From Antedon mediterranea (taxonomy: Eukaryota; Animalia; Echinodermata): a stretch of DNA of 64,000 nucleotides. The DNA lies in contig NC_092671.1 in NCBI RefSeq assembly GCF_964355755.1, forward strand, positions 36,776,304 through 36,840,303, in the 5' to 3' direction. Each line of letters begins with the position of its first letter. The stretch's first letter is position 1. Below are positions 61,821-64,000 of this stretch, piece after piece. The notes beneath the pieces are model-generated. The model ran no database searches, had not been told where the DNA came from, and saw only the letters and a list, made by a program, of their open reading frames with translations. Both the position numbers and the translations under genes were made by a program.

Positions 61821-62420
61821 TTGCCAAAAAAAATTATTGGGAATGTCAAATTTCTTTTTCATGACATATATCTACAAATTTCAGAAGCTTTTGAGTACGA
61901 GTATTTTACGCGATGTTTTTTTATCCTCATTTTAATATTTTGGTAATGTAATTCACATAAAGTTTTGTATCCAAAAATTGTTTATTCTTGGGTAGAAATG
62001 AGGAAATAAATAGTATTCCTGTATAATATAATAATCAATAATAAAGTATAAAAAAAAGTGTTGTGTAAACGAACGTTTTTTACGCTTCGAATTTTCTGTT
62101 ACATTATGTTTGAATTGAAGCTACAGATATTGAATCATGGACCTATAAATTAGTAATTTATAGGTCCATGATTGAACATATCGTCACTCACCACACATTT
62201 TTTGTTTTGTATTTCGAAAGTATTTATTCTAAAGAACAATTGATGCAAACATCAACTGCGTATCTTATTTCATTAATTAATTATATTAATTATAATTTGG
62301 CGATTATTCGTCACACGAAGAGTCGAATATCGATTCGTCTCGTCATGGGAAGAAAACGTGCATTGCGCACACTGTTTACGCGCCTCAACAATAAACGGCG
62401 AATATGCGATTCGTCACTTA

Positions 62421-63350
62421 TGGAACGCCGTTTTACACAAGTTTTTGGCGATGATAAAAATTGCGTCGATGATGAAATTGCGTCGATGAAAATTGCATCG
62501 ACGCAATGTAGATTGCGTCGATGCAATGTAGATTGCGTCGACGCAATTTACATTGCGTCGATGAAAATTGCATCGATGAAAATTGCGTCGATGAAAATTG
62601 CGTCGATGAAAACTGCATCGATGAAAATTGCGTCGATGAAAACTGCATCGATGAAAATTGATGTGATGAATTTAATTGATTATGAAAATTCCAAATGGTT
62701 TTAATTCAATCAATGATGAAAATTACTACTAGTAAAGTAAATGATGATGTTAATAATGATGTTAATAATGTTATTATGTTGCTAAAAATTGACGGTTTCT
62801 GAATATTTTGATATGATAAACATGTTTACCGCTTGCGCTAGCGCGCGTTATAGACAAGCGCACAGTGATCGCGCACTAAAACAATGTTGAAATATATGCA
62901 CTGATTAACATTTTAGTGATTTATTGTCAACACATTTTAGCAATGGATCCATTATTGTCCTTTCGGACACATTATATCTTCTAGCTAATTGCTTCCGTTA
63001 ATCCACCAGTTCAGTACATAAAATCCAGATGTCCAGCATCCATGACATCATATTCAAATCATACCGGCAGGGAGATCGCAATTTTCATCGATGAAAACTG
63101 CATCGATGAAAATTTTTTTTTTTTTCATCGATGCAGTTTTCATCGATGCAGTTTTCATCGACGCAATTTTCATCGACGCAATTTTCATCACATTAACGCA
63201 ATTTTCATTACATCGACGCAATTTTCATCGACGCAATGTTCATCACATCATTACATCAATACTATATTCATCGACGCAATTTTCATCACATCGACGCAAT
63301 TTTCATTGCATCATCGACGCGATTTTATCATCGCCTAAACTGGCATTCCA
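62421..63350. mobile_element. Foldback-type element with arms of 15-bp tandem repeats
   Basis: TA|TGGAACGCC..GGCGATGATAAAA (ATTGCGTCGATGAAA)n ... (TTTCATCGACGCAAT)n TTTTATCATCGCC..GGCATTCCA|TA. Confidence 0.75.
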
Positions 63351-63704
63351 TACTAATTGCGTGTGATCTGATTGGTGTATTATAAATAAATTCATCGCGA
63401 TGAATTTTTCAGTAGATGTAATGAGACAGTTCAGTAGATGTAATGACAGTTAATTTAATTGTTCTGCTCTTTTTGTACAAATCTATACTACTTTATATTA
63501 TGGATTTTGTAGTACTGTTAAAATTATTAAATCTCTGGAAGTGTGTTTTACGAGTATGTCCGCAAATTTATGCGTTTACGGTTTTAAAATGTGAGTTTTA
63601 AATAGCGAACATGATCTTGTTAGGTGCACTACGCACGCAGTATTCCAAAATGTCTTACTAATTGGGAGAAAATCATATTGTATCATATCATATTATATCC
63701 ATTC

Positions 63705-64000
63705 TTTAAATTCATATTCTTTATCCAAAACTAAATTGGTATAGTAAAACACAGTGCTAGCAATTTATCATATTATTAAATGTTTCATATTCTTTATCAT
63801 TGTGTTTTACTCTAATCAAATTGGTATAGTAAAACACAGTGCTAAATTGCTATGTGAATGTCATTTATCATATTTTTAAATGTTTCCTATTCTTTATCAT
63901 TGTGCTTTACCATAACCAAATTGGTTATAGTAAAACACAGTGCTAAATTGCTATGTAAATGTTATTATCATATTATTAAATTCCTATTCTTTATCATTGT
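63705..64000 (-). repeat. Same ~100-bp satellite in inverted orientation, runs off the right edge
   Basis: GTAAAACACAGTGCTAAATTGCTATGT..CCTATTCTTTATCATTGTG is the reverse complement of the left-array monomer. Confidence 0.92.

Noticed and set aside
62168-63366. ORFs of 178, 98, 91 and 71 aa with KIASM / DAIFI / STQFS repeats
   Set aside because: They are translations of the 15-bp tandem repeat, open in several frames on both strands; not a protein.

Overview
This is AT-rich (~30% GC by eye), intron-rich animal genomic DNA. A Deu-type SINE and an E-protein gene suggest an invertebrate deuterostome such as an echinoderm (inference). The supplied ORF track is almost all noise; the real genes are spliced and on the minus strand. 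Gene 1 is the 5' part of an E-protein / class I bHLH gene (TCF3/TCF4/TCF12/daughterless family). It has three coding exons (31174-31100, 23751-23682, 4259-4162) and continues beyond position 1. Gene 2 is a complete gene of 15 coding exons (57010-39588) that I assembled by hand into a 591-aa type I membrane protein: signal peptide, three copies of an unrecognised ~135-aa six-Cys domain with Pro/Thr hinges, one TM helix and a short tail with an acidic dileucine motif. The rest is a dense mobilome: ~21 copies of a Harbinger-type MITE carrying CArG boxes, a second Harbinger family, Kolobok-type elements, a tandem Helentron/HINE-like element, two tRNA SINEs, RTE/L2/Crack fragments and an inverted Penelope-like terminus with a hammerhead-like core. 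The right end holds a palindromic ~100-bp satellite in two opposed arrays around nested foldback units. TACAGTA/TACTGTA heptamers are strongly over-represented, and paralogue comparison shows several are 5-bp insertions at TA sites, matching Tc1/mariner excision footprints. All coordinates and counts were read by eye; no database searches were run.
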